64,000 nt of DNA from an uncultured bacterium (GCA_903847095.1 CAINCQ010000041.1:8292-72291); one strand, 5' to 3'. Counted from the stretch's first letter, positions 27,452-37,339 are shown. Numbers and translations: made by a program. Notes: generated by a model from the sequence alone, not told the origin.

Positions 27452-28348
27452 TTATAGAACCTTCAGCATTTGATCGAAATCCGGAATTTCCAGCCGCGCG
27501 TTCAGTTCTTTGACCGTGGACAGCGTCCGGTTCAATTCGGTCGAATCGTCGGCAATTATTTCGCAATCGATATCGTATTTTTCCCGGAACTTCAAAAGCA
27601 TCTCGTATTTTGAAACTACGTTGGAAAAAACGTGGTAGACGCCTTTTTGAGGATAATCGGAGCGGTTTTCAAAAATCTTTTTGCAAATATTCCCGAATTC
27701 CCGCGTGGTTATGCCGTTCCAAAAATGTCGGCGGTAACCATTAATAGTTTTACCTTCTTGTTGTTTGAACCATCCAAGCAGGCTGAAAAATCCCTCAATT
27801 TCCGGCCCGACAATCGAAGTCCGCAAGGTTAAACAGTTTTGCGGTTCGCCCAGGCTCTTTGAAAGCCCGTAAAGGTCAGTGGGGCTCGGAAGCGAATTTT
27901 CATCGTAGGGAAAGCCGGCCAGTCCGCCAAAAACGCAGTCGGTGGTGATATGGATAAGCTTTGATCCAAAAGTATCGGCCAATAGGTGCGGTAGGGCCGA
28001 GTTGATGAAAAAAGTGTTGGAACAATCTTTTAAGGAATGCGGTATGATAATGCCCGCGCAATTAACGATTCCGTCGACCTTACCGAGTTCACCGAGAAAT
28101 TCCCGATAGCGCGGGCTGGCGCCAAGGTTCTTAAAACCTTTCACGTAATCATCGTAAATAAGATTGAAATCAAAACTTTTGGCCTCGTGGGGTTTAACGC
28201 TTCCGTAAGCCTTTTCGAGAAGCGGCAATTTGTCGGATCTGTGCAAAAAAATAATAAGGTTGAAGCTGTCTTTGAGGACATTGTAAACCATGCTTCCCAG
28301 CATGCCGTTAGCTCCGAGAATAGCGATTGTCTTTTTATTGTTTTCCAT
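27452..28348 (-). CDS. NAD(P)-dependent sugar-nucleotide reductase, RmlD-like (dTDP-4-dehydrorhamnose reductase family)
   Basis: N-terminal ILGANGMLGS Rossmann motif and a Y-x3-K catalytic pair (YGLSK). 298 aa, which is RmlD size rather than CapF/FnlB size. Confidence 0.7.
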   Translation of the reverse strand: MENNKKTIAILGANGMLGSMVYNVLKDSFNLIIFLHRSDKLPLLEKAYGSVKPHEAKSFDFNLIYDDYVKGFKNLGASPRYREFLGELGKVDGIVNCAGIIIPHSLKDCSNTFFINSALPHLLADTFGSKLIHITTDCVFGGLAGFPYDENSLPSPTDLYGLSKSLGEPQNCLTLRTSIVGPEIEGFFSLLGWFKQQEGKTINGYRRHFWNGITTREFGNICKKIFENRSDYPQKGVYHVFSNVVSKYEMLLKFREKYDIDCEIIADDSTELNRTLSTVKELNARLEIPDFDQMLKVL

Positions 28349-28365
28349 ACTTTAGCGAGAACCCG

Positions 28366-29499
28366 CTAATTATATTTTCTTAAAATATTTTTTGCCTGGC
28401 TGGCGATCAGGCGCACGATTTTTCCGGAAACGTTCTCTTCCTGATAGCAGGCCGGCGCCTTAAAAATTTCGTTTCCGGCAAATTGGCTGGTTACGATTTC
28501 GATCGATTGCAAAACCATATCTTTGTCCAATCCCGAAAGGATCGCGGCGCCTTCATCGTAAGCTTCGGGCCGTTCCGAGCTGGTTCTCACTTGAACGGCG
28601 GGGAATTTGATCATCGAACATTCTTCCAAAATCGTCCCGCTGTCGGAGAGGGCGCAAAAAGAATTTTGCTGCAGATTGATATAATCGAAATATCCAAAAG
28701 GCTTATGGGATTTCACCAGGGAATTGAGTTTTAAACCCTCTTGATCGAGGCGTTTTTTCGTGCGCGGATGGATACTAAAAATCACCGGCAGTTTATAAAC
28801 TTTTGCGACTGCGTCCAAAATATCGGCCAGTTTGGTCAAAGCTTCTTTACGGTCGACGTTTTCTTCCCGGTGGAGGCTGGCGGAAAAATATTTTCCTTTT
28901 TTTAGTCCCAATCGATCGAGAATATCCGAGTCGGCTATCTTTTTTTTATAATAATTGAAAACTTCCCACAATGGCGATCCGGTAACAAAGATGGTTTCGT
29001 TTCTTATGCCTTCCCGGATGAGATATTGCCGCGCGTTTTCGCTGTAAGGCAGGTTGATGTCGCTGATATGGTCGATTATCCGCCGGTTTATTTCTTCGGG
29101 AACGTTTTCGTCAAAACACCGGTTCCCCGCTTCCATGTGGAATATCGGTATCTTCATCCGCTTGGCAACGATGGTCGATAAAGCGCTATTGGTATCCCCC
29201 AAGATCAAAAGGCAATCCGGCTTTTCTTTTAAGAACACTTCTTCGCATTGGATAATAATATTGGCAATTTGGCCGCCCAGGCTGTCGGCCTTGACGTTCA
29301 AAGAATAATCCGGTTTTCTTATCCCCATTTGTTCAAAAAAAATTTTGTCCAATTCGTAGTCGTAATTCTGGCTGGTACGCACCATCACATGGTTAAAATG
29401 ACGGTCCAGTTTCTCGAAAATCCGGGATAAGCGGATGATCTCGGGCCGTGTTCCAAAAACCGTCGCTACCTTTATTTTTTTGGCTATTTTCGCTTCCAT
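28366..29499 (-). CDS. UDP-N-acetylglucosamine 2-epimerase (non-hydrolysing) family
   Basis: FGTRPE.I....I, GDTNS, H.EAG.R, SENAR..L..EG, HREEN and SDSG motifs of the WecB/FnlC/CapG family. Confidence 0.85.
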   Translation of the reverse strand: MEAKIAKKIKVATVFGTRPEIIRLSRIFEKLDRHFNHVMVRTSQNYDYELDKIFFEQMGIRKPDYSLNVKADSLGGQIANIIIQCEEVFLKEKPDCLLILGDTNSALSTIVAKRMKIPIFHMEAGNRCFDENVPEEINRRIIDHISDINLPYSENARQYLIREGIRNETIFVTGSPLWEVFNYYKKKIADSDILDRLGLKKGKYFSASLHREENVDRKEALTKLADILDAVAKVYKLPVIFSIHPRTKKRLDQEGLKLNSLVKSHKPFGYFDYINLQQNSFCALSDSGTILEECSMIKFPAVQVRTSSERPEAYDEGAAILSGLDKDMVLQSIEIVTSQFAGNEIFKAPACYQEENVSGKIVRLIASQAKNILRKYN

Positions 29500-29502
29500 T
29501 GG

Positions 29503-30552
29503 TTATTTTTTTATGAATTCCAGGTCTTTTTTGATTTCTTCAAGAGAAAGTAGCGTTTTTTCCATCTCCTCTTGCGACAACTGTCTGGTGTTTTCCGAAG
29601 TGTAGCCGCTCGCGGAAACATCCGCGTTTTGATTGCCTTCGAAATAATATTTACGGTAATCGATTTTAGAAAATTCCGGGTGTATCCGGAAATAATCTCC
29701 GCAGTCTTCGGTTCTCAATAATTCTTCCGCTGAGATCAGGGTTTCGTGCATTTTTTCTCCCGCGCGGATACCGATCTCCCTGGTTCCCAGGCTGTAAGCG
29801 AAAATCGAAACCATCGCCTTGGCCAGATCCGAAATGGTGGCTGCCGGAGATTTTTTTACGTAAATTTCCCCGTCTTTGCCGTTGCTTAACGCGTAAAGAA
29901 CCAGATCGACCGAATCGTCCAGCGTCATCATGAACCTGGTCATTTTTCCGTCGGTTATCGTAAGCGGCTTAGATTGCTTCATCAAATCAATGAAGAAAGG
30001 GATTACCGATCCGCGGGAATACATCACATTACCGTACCTTGTGGCGCACAACACCGTTTTACCTCTTTTCGACTGGGAGGACGCGATCATTATTCTTTCC
30101 ATCAACGCCTTGGTCATACCCATCACGTTTATCGGATAGACCGCCTTGTCGGTGCTTAATACGACAACTCTTTCAACCTCATGATCGATAGCCGCGTTTA
30201 TCACGTTATAAGCTCCGATCGCGTTGGTTTTGATCGCTTCCATCGGAAAAAATTCACAATTAGGAACTTGCTTTAACGCGGCGGCATGAAAAACCAGATC
30301 GACGCCCGCCATTGCGTAGCCGATTGTTTCTTTGTCCCTGATGTCCCCCACCACGAATTTCAACTTATCGTTGTTGTAGCGGTTACCCATATCGAACTGT
30401 TTTTTTTCGTCGCGGCTGAAAATGATAATTTGCTTGGGGTCAAGCGTCAATAAGTGGTCGACTGCGGTGTGCCCGAAAGAACCGGTCCCGCCGGTTACTA
30501 ATATCGTTTTGTTTCTAATATGATCGATGAAACGGCGGATATCGGATGCCAT
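29503..30552 (-). CDS. UDP-N-acetylglucosamine 4,6-dehydratase/5-epimerase (CapE/FnlA/WbjB/WbvB family)
   Basis: ILVTGGTGSFG...IIIFSRDE.KQ....., GD.RD, STDKAV.P.N.MG.TK match the short CapD-like dehydratases. Start moved to the ATG at 30552 (MASDIRRF); the upstream 42 codons look non-coding. Confidence 0.8.
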   Translation of the reverse strand: MASDIRRFIDHIRNKTILVTGGTGSFGHTAVDHLLTLDPKQIIIFSRDEKKQFDMGNRYNNDKLKFVVGDIRDKETIGYAMAGVDLVFHAAALKQVPNCEFFPMEAIKTNAIGAYNVINAAIDHEVERVVVLSTDKAVYPINVMGMTKALMERIMIASSQSKRGKTVLCATRYGNVMYSRGSVIPFFIDLMKQSKPLTITDGKMTRFMMTLDDSVDLVLYALSNGKDGEIYVKKSPAATISDLAKAMVSIFAYSLGTREIGIRAGEKMHETLISAEELLRTEDCGDYFRIHPEFSKIDYRKYYFEGNQNADVSASGYTSENTRQLSQEEMEKTLLSLEEIKKDLEFIKK

Positions 30553-30810
30553 AAAGTAAAATATTTGTTTTCCGATGGTGTTTCGCCCTGGGTGGCCTAA
30601 AATCGCGCCATTCGTGCAAAAAATTATCCTAAAAGATTTCTTCCGGAGTACCCAAATCCTCCTCGCTTCTTCCCGCATTCCGCGGAAAAGAAACCGATTT
30701 TTTTTATTCTGAAAGAATCGGCAGTCTCCGGCACCTTTTAGGTTTCCAGAACCTGCCCCTGCCCTCTAAAATAACGAATAATCAATTTACGACTCGGAAT
30801 GTCTTTAGTG

Positions 30811-30839
30811 AGTATATATTATCCAAACCGTTCCTTCAA
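30811..30839 (-). promoter_or_regulatory. Internal promoter-like element ahead of the sugar-nucleotide genes
   Basis: TTGAAG (30834-30839), 17 nt spacer, TATACT (30811-30816). Confidence 0.35.
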
Positions 30840-30900
30840 TCCCGAGGTTAATGATCGACCGGTCGTCATTGCCAGTCTGCCCGTTGGCGAGAGCCAAAAC

Positions 30901-31845
30901 CTAATGGTTTTGTCGCAAGTGAAAGCGGGTGAAAAAACGATGCATTGATCGTTTTGCGGATTTCAATATCTTCAAAGGAGTGGCGAGCAACAAATACCGT
31001 AAAGAAAAAAAGGGCGAATAATTTATGGCCTTCGCGATAAGTTTGATTGCCAGCACGTACCGTCTTTGCAACAAGGCTTGGAGACCGTAAAATAAATGCA
31101 TTTCCGCCATCAAATCGGCCTTAAATGGATGACCAAGCGATGAGTCGTCAGCCAGCGCCCGTTCGTAATAAATTTTACGCGCACTAATATTATCCTCGAT
31201 TTTTACCTTTTCGTCCGGATGCTGCCGGATAACGGCCAGATTTTTTTGGATATGCAGAATTTTTCGATCTTTCGCTATTCTTCGCCAAAGATCAAAATCT
31301 TCGCAAACATTCATCGCAACGTTGAAACCTCCGGCTTCTTTCAATATATCGCTTCTTATCATTACGGTCGGAATCGTTATAAAAGAATTTTTGATAAACA
31401 GCAGTTTGGGATATATATTTCCCGATAGATTTCCGCCCCATTTTTCTCCCACCATCAAAAAACCTTTTTCGTCCATCATCAGTGCGTGTGAGTAAGACAT
31501 GGCGTATTCGGGAAATTTTTCCATCGCCTCAACCTGGATGAGCAGTTTGTCGGGCAAAAACGTATCGTCGTCATCCAAAAAGGCGATGTATTTTCCCTGA
31601 GCCAAATTAATTCCCCGATTTCTGGCGAAAGATACCCCCGAGTGGTTCTGTCGTGCATACCGGATCGTCGGGTAGCCGCTGACATCGAATGCTTCGCTCA
31701 GGCGGATATTGGATCCGTCGTCAACGATAATTATTTCAAAGTTTCGATAACTTTGGGCAAGCACGCTTTTTATGGCGTCCTTGCACCACAAAGGCCGGTC
31801 AAAATACGGGATTATTACGCTGACTTTCGGTTGATCGAAAACCAT
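30901..31845 (-). CDS. Glycosyltransferase family 2
   Basis: VSVIIP.....W...AI.SVL.Q....FE.I.VDDGS and an FLDDDD (DXD) motif. Confidence 0.85.
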   Translation of the reverse strand: MVFDQPKVSVIIPYFDRPLWCKDAIKSVLAQSYRNFEIIIVDDGSNIRLSEAFDVSGYPTIRYARQNHSGVSFARNRGINLAQGKYIAFLDDDDTFLPDKLLIQVEAMEKFPEYAMSYSHALMMDEKGFLMVGEKWGGNLSGNIYPKLLFIKNSFITIPTVMIRSDILKEAGGFNVAMNVCEDFDLWRRIAKDRKILHIQKNLAVIRQHPDEKVKIEDNISARKIYYERALADDSSLGHPFKADLMAEMHLFYGLQALLQRRYVLAIKLIAKAINYSPFFSLRYLLLATPLKILKSAKRSMHRFFTRFHLRQNH

Positions 31846-32738
31846 ATTTTTTTTGCGACTCTTTTGGTGAGTCTGACGGCGCGGTTTTCAAAAAGGAGAA
31901 AATACCGCTTGGGATGGTAAAAAAAAGAAATCAGCAGGTATTTAATTCCTTTAAAAGATACCCTGTTCCCGCTCATCCACCACGCGAGAAAATACGCGGA
32001 GCTGAAGGTTTCATTTTTTAATTTTTTAAGGCTTTCGGGAAAATCCGGCAAGTCGTAAATTTTTTTGGCGAGATCGATATGTTCCTTCGACATTCGGTCG
32101 CCCAAGCTGTTGACGCTCGCCGAACCGGTATGAACCCGGAATGTCGCTAAAACCTCGGGCAGGCGGGTAAACGTTCCCGTGAGCCCGGCCCTTAGCCAAA
32201 AATCAAAATCCGATACGTATTTGAACCGTGCGTCGCGTCCGGCCAGTTTGTCGATAACCGATTTGCGGAAGAAGGCTCCTGGTCCCGGAACGCAATGGAA
32301 TGTTCTTAGAATATACTCATAGTTATAATCCGGCGTCCTGACTTTTTCAAAAACACGCCCTTTCTCGTCGATTTTTTCCCAATCGGGGTAAACAACGATC
32401 GTTTCATGATGCGACCGGAAACATTGAACGATTTTTTTTACCGCCTCCGGTAAAAGTGGATCATCGGAATTTACGACGCCGACGATTTCTCCTTTTGCCA
32501 ATGAAAACCCTTTATTTACCGTCCGGGCTTCCCCTATATTCTCGTGTTTTTCCAAAATCACCCGGCCTTGGTATTTATGCAGCACATCCCAGCTATTATC
32601 GTTCGATCCGTCATCCAACAGAATATACTCGATATTCGGATAATCCTGATCCAGCACGCTTCGGATGGTTTTATCCACCAAATCAGCCCGATTGTAAACC
32701 GGCGTTATTATGGTAACCAACGGCCAATCTTTATCCAT
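31815..32738 (-). CDS. Glycosyltransferase family 2
   Basis: VTIITPVYNR......TI.SVLDQDYPN.EY...DDGS.D and NSDD (DXD-like) motifs. Confidence 0.85.
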   Translation of the reverse strand: MDKDWPLVTIITPVYNRADLVDKTIRSVLDQDYPNIEYILLDDGSNDNSWDVLHKYQGRVILEKHENIGEARTVNKGFSLAKGEIVGVVNSDDPLLPEAVKKIVQCFRSHHETIVVYPDWEKIDEKGRVFEKVRTPDYNYEYILRTFHCVPGPGAFFRKSVIDKLAGRDARFKYVSDFDFWLRAGLTGTFTRLPEVLATFRVHTGSASVNSLGDRMSKEHIDLAKKIYDLPDFPESLKKLKNETFSSAYFLAWWMSGNRVSFKGIKYLLISFFYHPKRYFLLFENRAVRLTKRVAKKIWFSINRKSA

Positions 32739-33933
32739 GATTATTTATAAGGCGATCGTAAACCCTTAATATTTCAGGCGCCAGGTCGTTCCATCCGAAT
32801 TTAAGGGAAGTTTCCTGCGCCGCTTGGCCCATTCTTTCTCTTAATTTTCTATTTTGCAATAGAATGTCCATTTTTTCGGTTAGTGAGGCGAGGTTATCGG
32901 CCGGAATAATAAATGCTTCCTTTCCGTTTGTTATGTATTCGGTAATTCCGATATTTTTGGTGCAAATGAACGGTTTGCCCGCGGCCATCGCTTCCAGGCA
33001 GACCATGGAAAAACTTTCCAGAACGCAAGGGTGGACTAAAAAATCGGACGCCGTAAAATAAGCCATTATTTCCGGCGGCGGGATTTGGCCGACAATGTAA
33101 ATTTGATCTTCCAAGCGGGCGTTCCTAATTATATCGCGGTAGAAATTTTCAAGCGAGCCGGCGCCCAATATTAAAATTACGAACGAATTCCCCTGTCTTT
33201 TTTTTAACTCGATAGCGGCATATAGGACTTGCTCGATGCGTTTTATGTGCGCGAAAAAACCGACAGCTAAAATTACCGTTTTATTTTCCGTGATGCGTTT
33301 CCATTGTTCAGGAATGGGCTTGATCTTTGAATTCCCTATCCCATTGGGAATGACCTGGATTTCTTTCTCGATCCCTTGTTCTTTGTAGGAACAGGCCGTC
33401 ATTTTTGAGACGGCGATCAGCTTATCGGCGAGGTTCAAATTATTAACGACTTGTTTCATGGCATCCGGGCCAAAACATGATACGTGATACTCGTATAGGT
33501 TATGGATGGTCACAAGCGATGGAATGTTCAGCGTCCGTCCCACCACCGCGGCTTCGTCGCCGATATAAACTTCATGGCCGTGCACGAGAGAAAAATGGTA
33601 TCGCGAATGTAATTTTTTTGCCTTACTCACGATTTCCATCCTTAAAAAGCTTTTTTTCCGGGATTTTTCATCATAGCGCCGGTTAAAAACGAATTTTTCG
33701 GCATTCAGCAGGAATGTCGATAGATGGCATTTGAGATAATGGATGCTGATATCGCCATCCTTGACCACCGATTTTTCTATTTTCGTTTTAAAGGAAACCG
33801 GCACAATTACCGCTATATTGTAATATTTTTCCAGAGCTTTTAATTGGTTTTGGACGAAAGCTCCCAAGAAAAGAATGTTTAGATTGGGATAAAGTTCGGT
33901 AATGACGAGAATCCACGGTTTTTGATTATTCAT
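32731..33933 (-). CDS. Glycosyltransferase family 4, tandem paralog 1
   Basis: GT-B C-terminal block FSMVCLEAMAAGKPFICTKNIGITEYIT. 400 aa. Confidence 0.8.
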   Translation of the reverse strand: MNNQKPWILVITELYPNLNILFLGAFVQNQLKALEKYYNIAVIVPVSFKTKIEKSVVKDGDISIHYLKCHLSTFLLNAEKFVFNRRYDEKSRKKSFLRMEIVSKAKKLHSRYHFSLVHGHEVYIGDEAAVVGRTLNIPSLVTIHNLYEYHVSCFGPDAMKQVVNNLNLADKLIAVSKMTACSYKEQGIEKEIQVIPNGIGNSKIKPIPEQWKRITENKTVILAVGFFAHIKRIEQVLYAAIELKKRQGNSFVILILGAGSLENFYRDIIRNARLEDQIYIVGQIPPPEIMAYFTASDFLVHPCVLESFSMVCLEAMAAGKPFICTKNIGITEYITNGKEAFIIPADNLASLTEKMDILLQNRKLRERMGQAAQETSLKFGWNDLAPEILRVYDRLINNHG

Positions 33934-33937
33934 GTGG

Positions 33938-35140
33938 TCAGGTTTTGAGTCCTTTCAGCGAATCGGAGTAAAGAGCGGATATTTTGGGTATCAAATTATC
34001 CCACCGGAACTTTGTTGAGGCACGATAGGCCGCTTGGCCCATCGTTTTTCTCATGCCGGGATTTTTCAACAGAAGGTCCATTTTTTCAGTCAGAGCAGCG
34101 ATATCGTCTGGCGGAACGACAAAAGCTTCGATTCCATCGGTTATGTATTCGGTAATCCCGATATTTTTCGTGCAAATGAACGGTTTGCCCGCGGCCATCG
34201 CTTCCAGGCAGACCATGGAAAAACCATCGACAACGCTGGGGTGTAAAATAAAATCAGCCGCCGCGAAGTAAGACATCATTTCCGACGGCGGAATTTGGCC
34301 AAGGACGAGTATCCGATCCTTCAGGCCGTTATTAGCGGCGATTTGTTCGTACAGGCTTTCCAGCGGTCCGGTGCCGATAATCAAAAGAACGAAGTTTTTG
34401 TATTTTTCTTTCAATTTCGCGGCCGCGTAAATCGCCTGATCGATACGTCCTGCCTCCAGAAAAAGTCCGACGCTTAAAATAACCGTTTTGTCTTTTAAAT
34501 ACCCGCGTAACGGTTCCGGACTCGATCCGGCGCAAATATCGCCAATCCCTTCAGGAATGATTTGAAAACTTTTTTTGACGCCGTTAGCGATATATGAATC
34601 TGCCGCGATTTTTGAAACGGTTACGATTCTATCTGCGTTATTTAAGTTTTTGATTACCGCCTTCATAGCCGCTTGTCCAAAAAGCTGATTATGATAATCG
34701 TATAGATTATGAATGGTGATTATCGAGGGAATCCCAAGCGAACGTCCGGCGCCGGTGGCTTCGTCTCCGGTATACGCCTCATGGCCGTGAACCAGCTGGA
34801 ATTTATATTTTTTGTCGAGCTTTTTTGCCAATCCGATTATTTTCCTCCGCGAAAATTTTTTCTTTAGAGCGATTAAGGTTTCCAGATCGTATAAACCCAG
34901 TTTGAACATCGCCGAAAGAAATGCCAAAAAATAATCTTTTACGTAGTAAACATCGAGATCGCCGCGCTTGGCAAAACCCTGTTTTACTTTTGACTTGAAT
35001 GAAACCGGCACAATTACCGCTATTCGATAAAGTTTTGTCAGCTCTTTCAGCTGGTTAAACACAAATGATCCCAAAAAAAAGAGTTCCTCTTCAGGAAATA
35101 ATTCCGTAATAACCAGAATGGCCGGTTTAATTTGATTCAT
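33938..35140 (-). CDS. Glycosyltransferase family 4, tandem paralog 2
   Basis: Same length (400 aa) and collinear with 32731-33933. Shares the identical FSMVCLEAMAAGKPFICTKNIGITEYIT block. Confidence 0.8.
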   Translation of the reverse strand: MNQIKPAILVITELFPEEELFFLGSFVFNQLKELTKLYRIAVIVPVSFKSKVKQGFAKRGDLDVYYVKDYFLAFLSAMFKLGLYDLETLIALKKKFSRRKIIGLAKKLDKKYKFQLVHGHEAYTGDEATGAGRSLGIPSIITIHNLYDYHNQLFGQAAMKAVIKNLNNADRIVTVSKIAADSYIANGVKKSFQIIPEGIGDICAGSSPEPLRGYLKDKTVILSVGLFLEAGRIDQAIYAAAKLKEKYKNFVLLIIGTGPLESLYEQIAANNGLKDRILVLGQIPPSEMMSYFAAADFILHPSVVDGFSMVCLEAMAAGKPFICTKNIGITEYITDGIEAFVVPPDDIAALTEKMDLLLKNPGMRKTMGQAAYRASTKFRWDNLIPKISALYSDSLKGLKT

Positions 35141-36350
35141 GGGTGAACGGCGCGCCTAAAAATGAAGTGAGCGCGCTTTTCAAGTTATCCAGCGTCAGAT
35201 ATTTCAAAAATGCCTTCGTGCCGTTTTTTGTAAGCTTGGCGTACAATTCATTGTCGTCCGCCAGCAGAGCCAGCTTTTCCAGGATTTGCCCGGATTCCAA
35301 TGAATAACAGCAAATACCCGCATTGTTTTCCTCGATAAATTTAGCCGGTGACGCATATTTTGGACCATGGAATAATACCGGCCGGCCGGCCGCAAAATAT
35401 GCTGTCAATTTACTGGGAAAACTTGTTTTGGCCACGACTTCGCGATTCTCGCCAAAAAAATATGGACAATAAACAATATCCATTCCCGACAGGGTTTTTA
35501 TGGTTTCATCCAAAGACATGCGTCCCAGCTTCTCGATTCGGGCGCCGCAGGGAACGTCGACATAATCCAGATCGCCGATCAGATATACTTTGACATCGCG
35601 GCCGCTTATCCTCCAATTCGCCGATGATAATGCTGCAAGAAACGCATTCCATTCATCGGTGGCATACAACTGGCCCGCCAGACCAATTGACAGCTGGGAG
35701 TTTCCGTTTGGCGAGAGCGCCGGTTCCCGGGCCATTTTTTTATCCAGGCTGCCCCAAAAAACAATCGTTTTAACGCCATATCTTTTTGAATAATCGTCCG
35801 CCATCGCCCGGGAAGCCGTGCCGCAGGCAATACTATGCTTTATGGCTTTGTCGAATTCCGCAAGCACTTTCTTCTTTGAATATTTATCCAGCCCGACGGC
35901 GTCAAGCACCCAGGAAGGATCGTCCAAAACCATAACAATCAAGGGAACGCCAAGTTTCATGGCGATCTTCCGTGCGGAAATTATCGTTGTTTTCCCCTGC
36001 AGCACTGCCCAGACGCAGTCAACGCGATAATTTTTACCGAAACGCACGGCTTGATCGATAACCGTTTTATCTATGAAAAAATTGCGCGCTAACTCCGCGA
36101 TAAAACCGGCGCATTGACCCGGCGTTCCGGGAAGCAATTTACCGATGGCCGACGAGTATCCTCGTGGTTCGTTTATGATCCGGTGAGGGATCCACGAAAG
36201 ATCCGGAGAAATTCCGACTTTGAACAATGGGTCCTTGGCTACAAAACAAGAAATGTCCTCCCTGGGAACCATTCGGCAAAGCTGGTCAAGCATAATTCCG
36301 CTGGAAACTTTTTGCGTTGGCGGCAGAAAACTGAAAAGGAGGTAATTCAT
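35127..36350 (-). CDS. Putative GT-B-fold glycosyltransferase-like protein (divergent)
   Basis: 407 aa. The C-terminal half resembles group-1 GTs (FPSKLTAYFAAGRPVLFHGP....A.FI..NNAG). No canonical EX7E motif seen. Confidence 0.4.
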   Translation of the reverse strand: MNYLLFSFLPPTQKVSSGIMLDQLCRMVPREDISCFVAKDPLFKVGISPDLSWIPHRIINEPRGYSSAIGKLLPGTPGQCAGFIAELARNFFIDKTVIDQAVRFGKNYRVDCVWAVLQGKTTIISARKIAMKLGVPLIVMVLDDPSWVLDAVGLDKYSKKKVLAEFDKAIKHSIACGTASRAMADDYSKRYGVKTIVFWGSLDKKMAREPALSPNGNSQLSIGLAGQLYATDEWNAFLAALSSANWRISGRDVKVYLIGDLDYVDVPCGARIEKLGRMSLDETIKTLSGMDIVYCPYFFGENREVVAKTSFPSKLTAYFAAGRPVLFHGPKYASPAKFIEENNAGICCYSLESGQILEKLALLADDNELYAKLTKNGTKAFLKYLTLDNLKSALTSFLGAPFTHESN

Positions 36351-37339
36351 ATCTTGTTTAAGAATGGCAAGCGTTTTTTCACGTTCTTTATGAAGGAAAG
36401 CGTTTTCCAGGCCCGCGAATGGCGGATTTTATCCAATTCAAACCGGCATGAACGCAGTTCTTCTTCCGCAATTTCAAGCTTATACCGTAAAAACAAAAAC
36501 ATCGACTCCATCGGCGCTTCAGGCGGGTCGATCCGTCGTTTTGACTGATCATAGGTATTGTTGTCGCCGAAATTGCCCTTCCAGGCCGGAAAGGGAAATT
36601 CAAGGCCGCTTTTGCCGACGGGCGGGAGGTCTTTGCCTCGGCACACGCAAATAATAATGTTCGGTTTTTGCGGGCGGCGTGAATAATCGTAAATTATTCC
36701 GTCCCTATCCTGGTAGAATAATTCCGCGTCGGGAAATCCCAAGAAGTTGTTTTCCTTGATGTTTCGGATCATGTGATGGGGATTGCCGTCAGCTTCGCCG
36801 TAAGGAACGTCGAACAGGAGCCTTTGGCGAAATTTTATCTTTTTCGCCAAATCGAGGCCGGCGGCAACGTGTTCCAAGACCTGGTGCGAAACCGCGTAAT
36901 CGCATTCCGGCATTTTGGCGATAAACTTCGATAATTCGGCTTGGACATATTCGATATTTTCGCGAGCATAATTTTGTCTCGCGAATTCCAAACTTTCTTT
37001 TGAGGAATCCACTCCGGTTACGCGCGAACCGGAGAGGTGGCTCATCATATGGCTCCCATGCCCCACTCCGCAACCAAGATCAAGGATTTCGAGGGCTCCG
37101 TTTCGTTTCGTTTTTCCGTTCTCTTGATCATGGTTGATGATTTCGTAAAAAAAACGGTAGGCGCTTTTATGGCGCACTACTTCCATCCAATCGTGGCTTA
37201 TTCCCGGGATCAATCTTTCCCCCTTGTTGTAGATTGCTTTTTCCAGCAAAGCAAGCGTAAGCGAAAAAGGTTTTTTGCCGTCAAAATTGTTGTGATCGTT
37301 TTCCATCGATTTTATTATGATTTCCGGCGAGTTGACCAA
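36347..37339 (-). CDS. Class I SAM-dependent methyltransferase with C-terminal coiled-coil tail
   Basis: Motif I ILDLGCGVGHGS and a post-I acidic residue (VTGVDSS). The C-terminal 60 aa are heptad-like (LRYKLEIAEEELRSCRFELDKIRHS). Overlaps wzt by 25 nt. Confidence 0.75.
   Translation of the reverse strand: MVNSPEIIIKSMENDHNNFDGKKPFSLTLALLEKAIYNKGERLIPGISHDWMEVVRHKSAYRFFYEIINHDQENGKTKRNGALEILDLGCGVGHGSHMMSHLSGSRVTGVDSSKESLEFARQNYARENIEYVQAELSKFIAKMPECDYAVSHQVLEHVAAGLDLAKKIKFRQRLLFDVPYGEADGNPHHMIRNIKENNFLGFPDAELFYQDRDGIIYDYSRRPQKPNIIICVCRGKDLPPVGKSGLEFPFPAWKGNFGDNNTYDQSKRRIDPPEAPMESMFLFLRYKLEIAEEELRSCRFELDKIRHSRAWKTLSFIKNVKKRLPFLNKI

Noticed and set aside
30553-30678. A 42-codon N-terminal extension of the CapE/FnlA-like dehydratase in the ORF track.
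   Set aside because: Homologs begin just before the GxxGxxG motif. The internal ATG (MASDIRRF…ILVTGGTGSFG) fits that pattern. The extension is Arg-rich and overlaps predicted leader structures.
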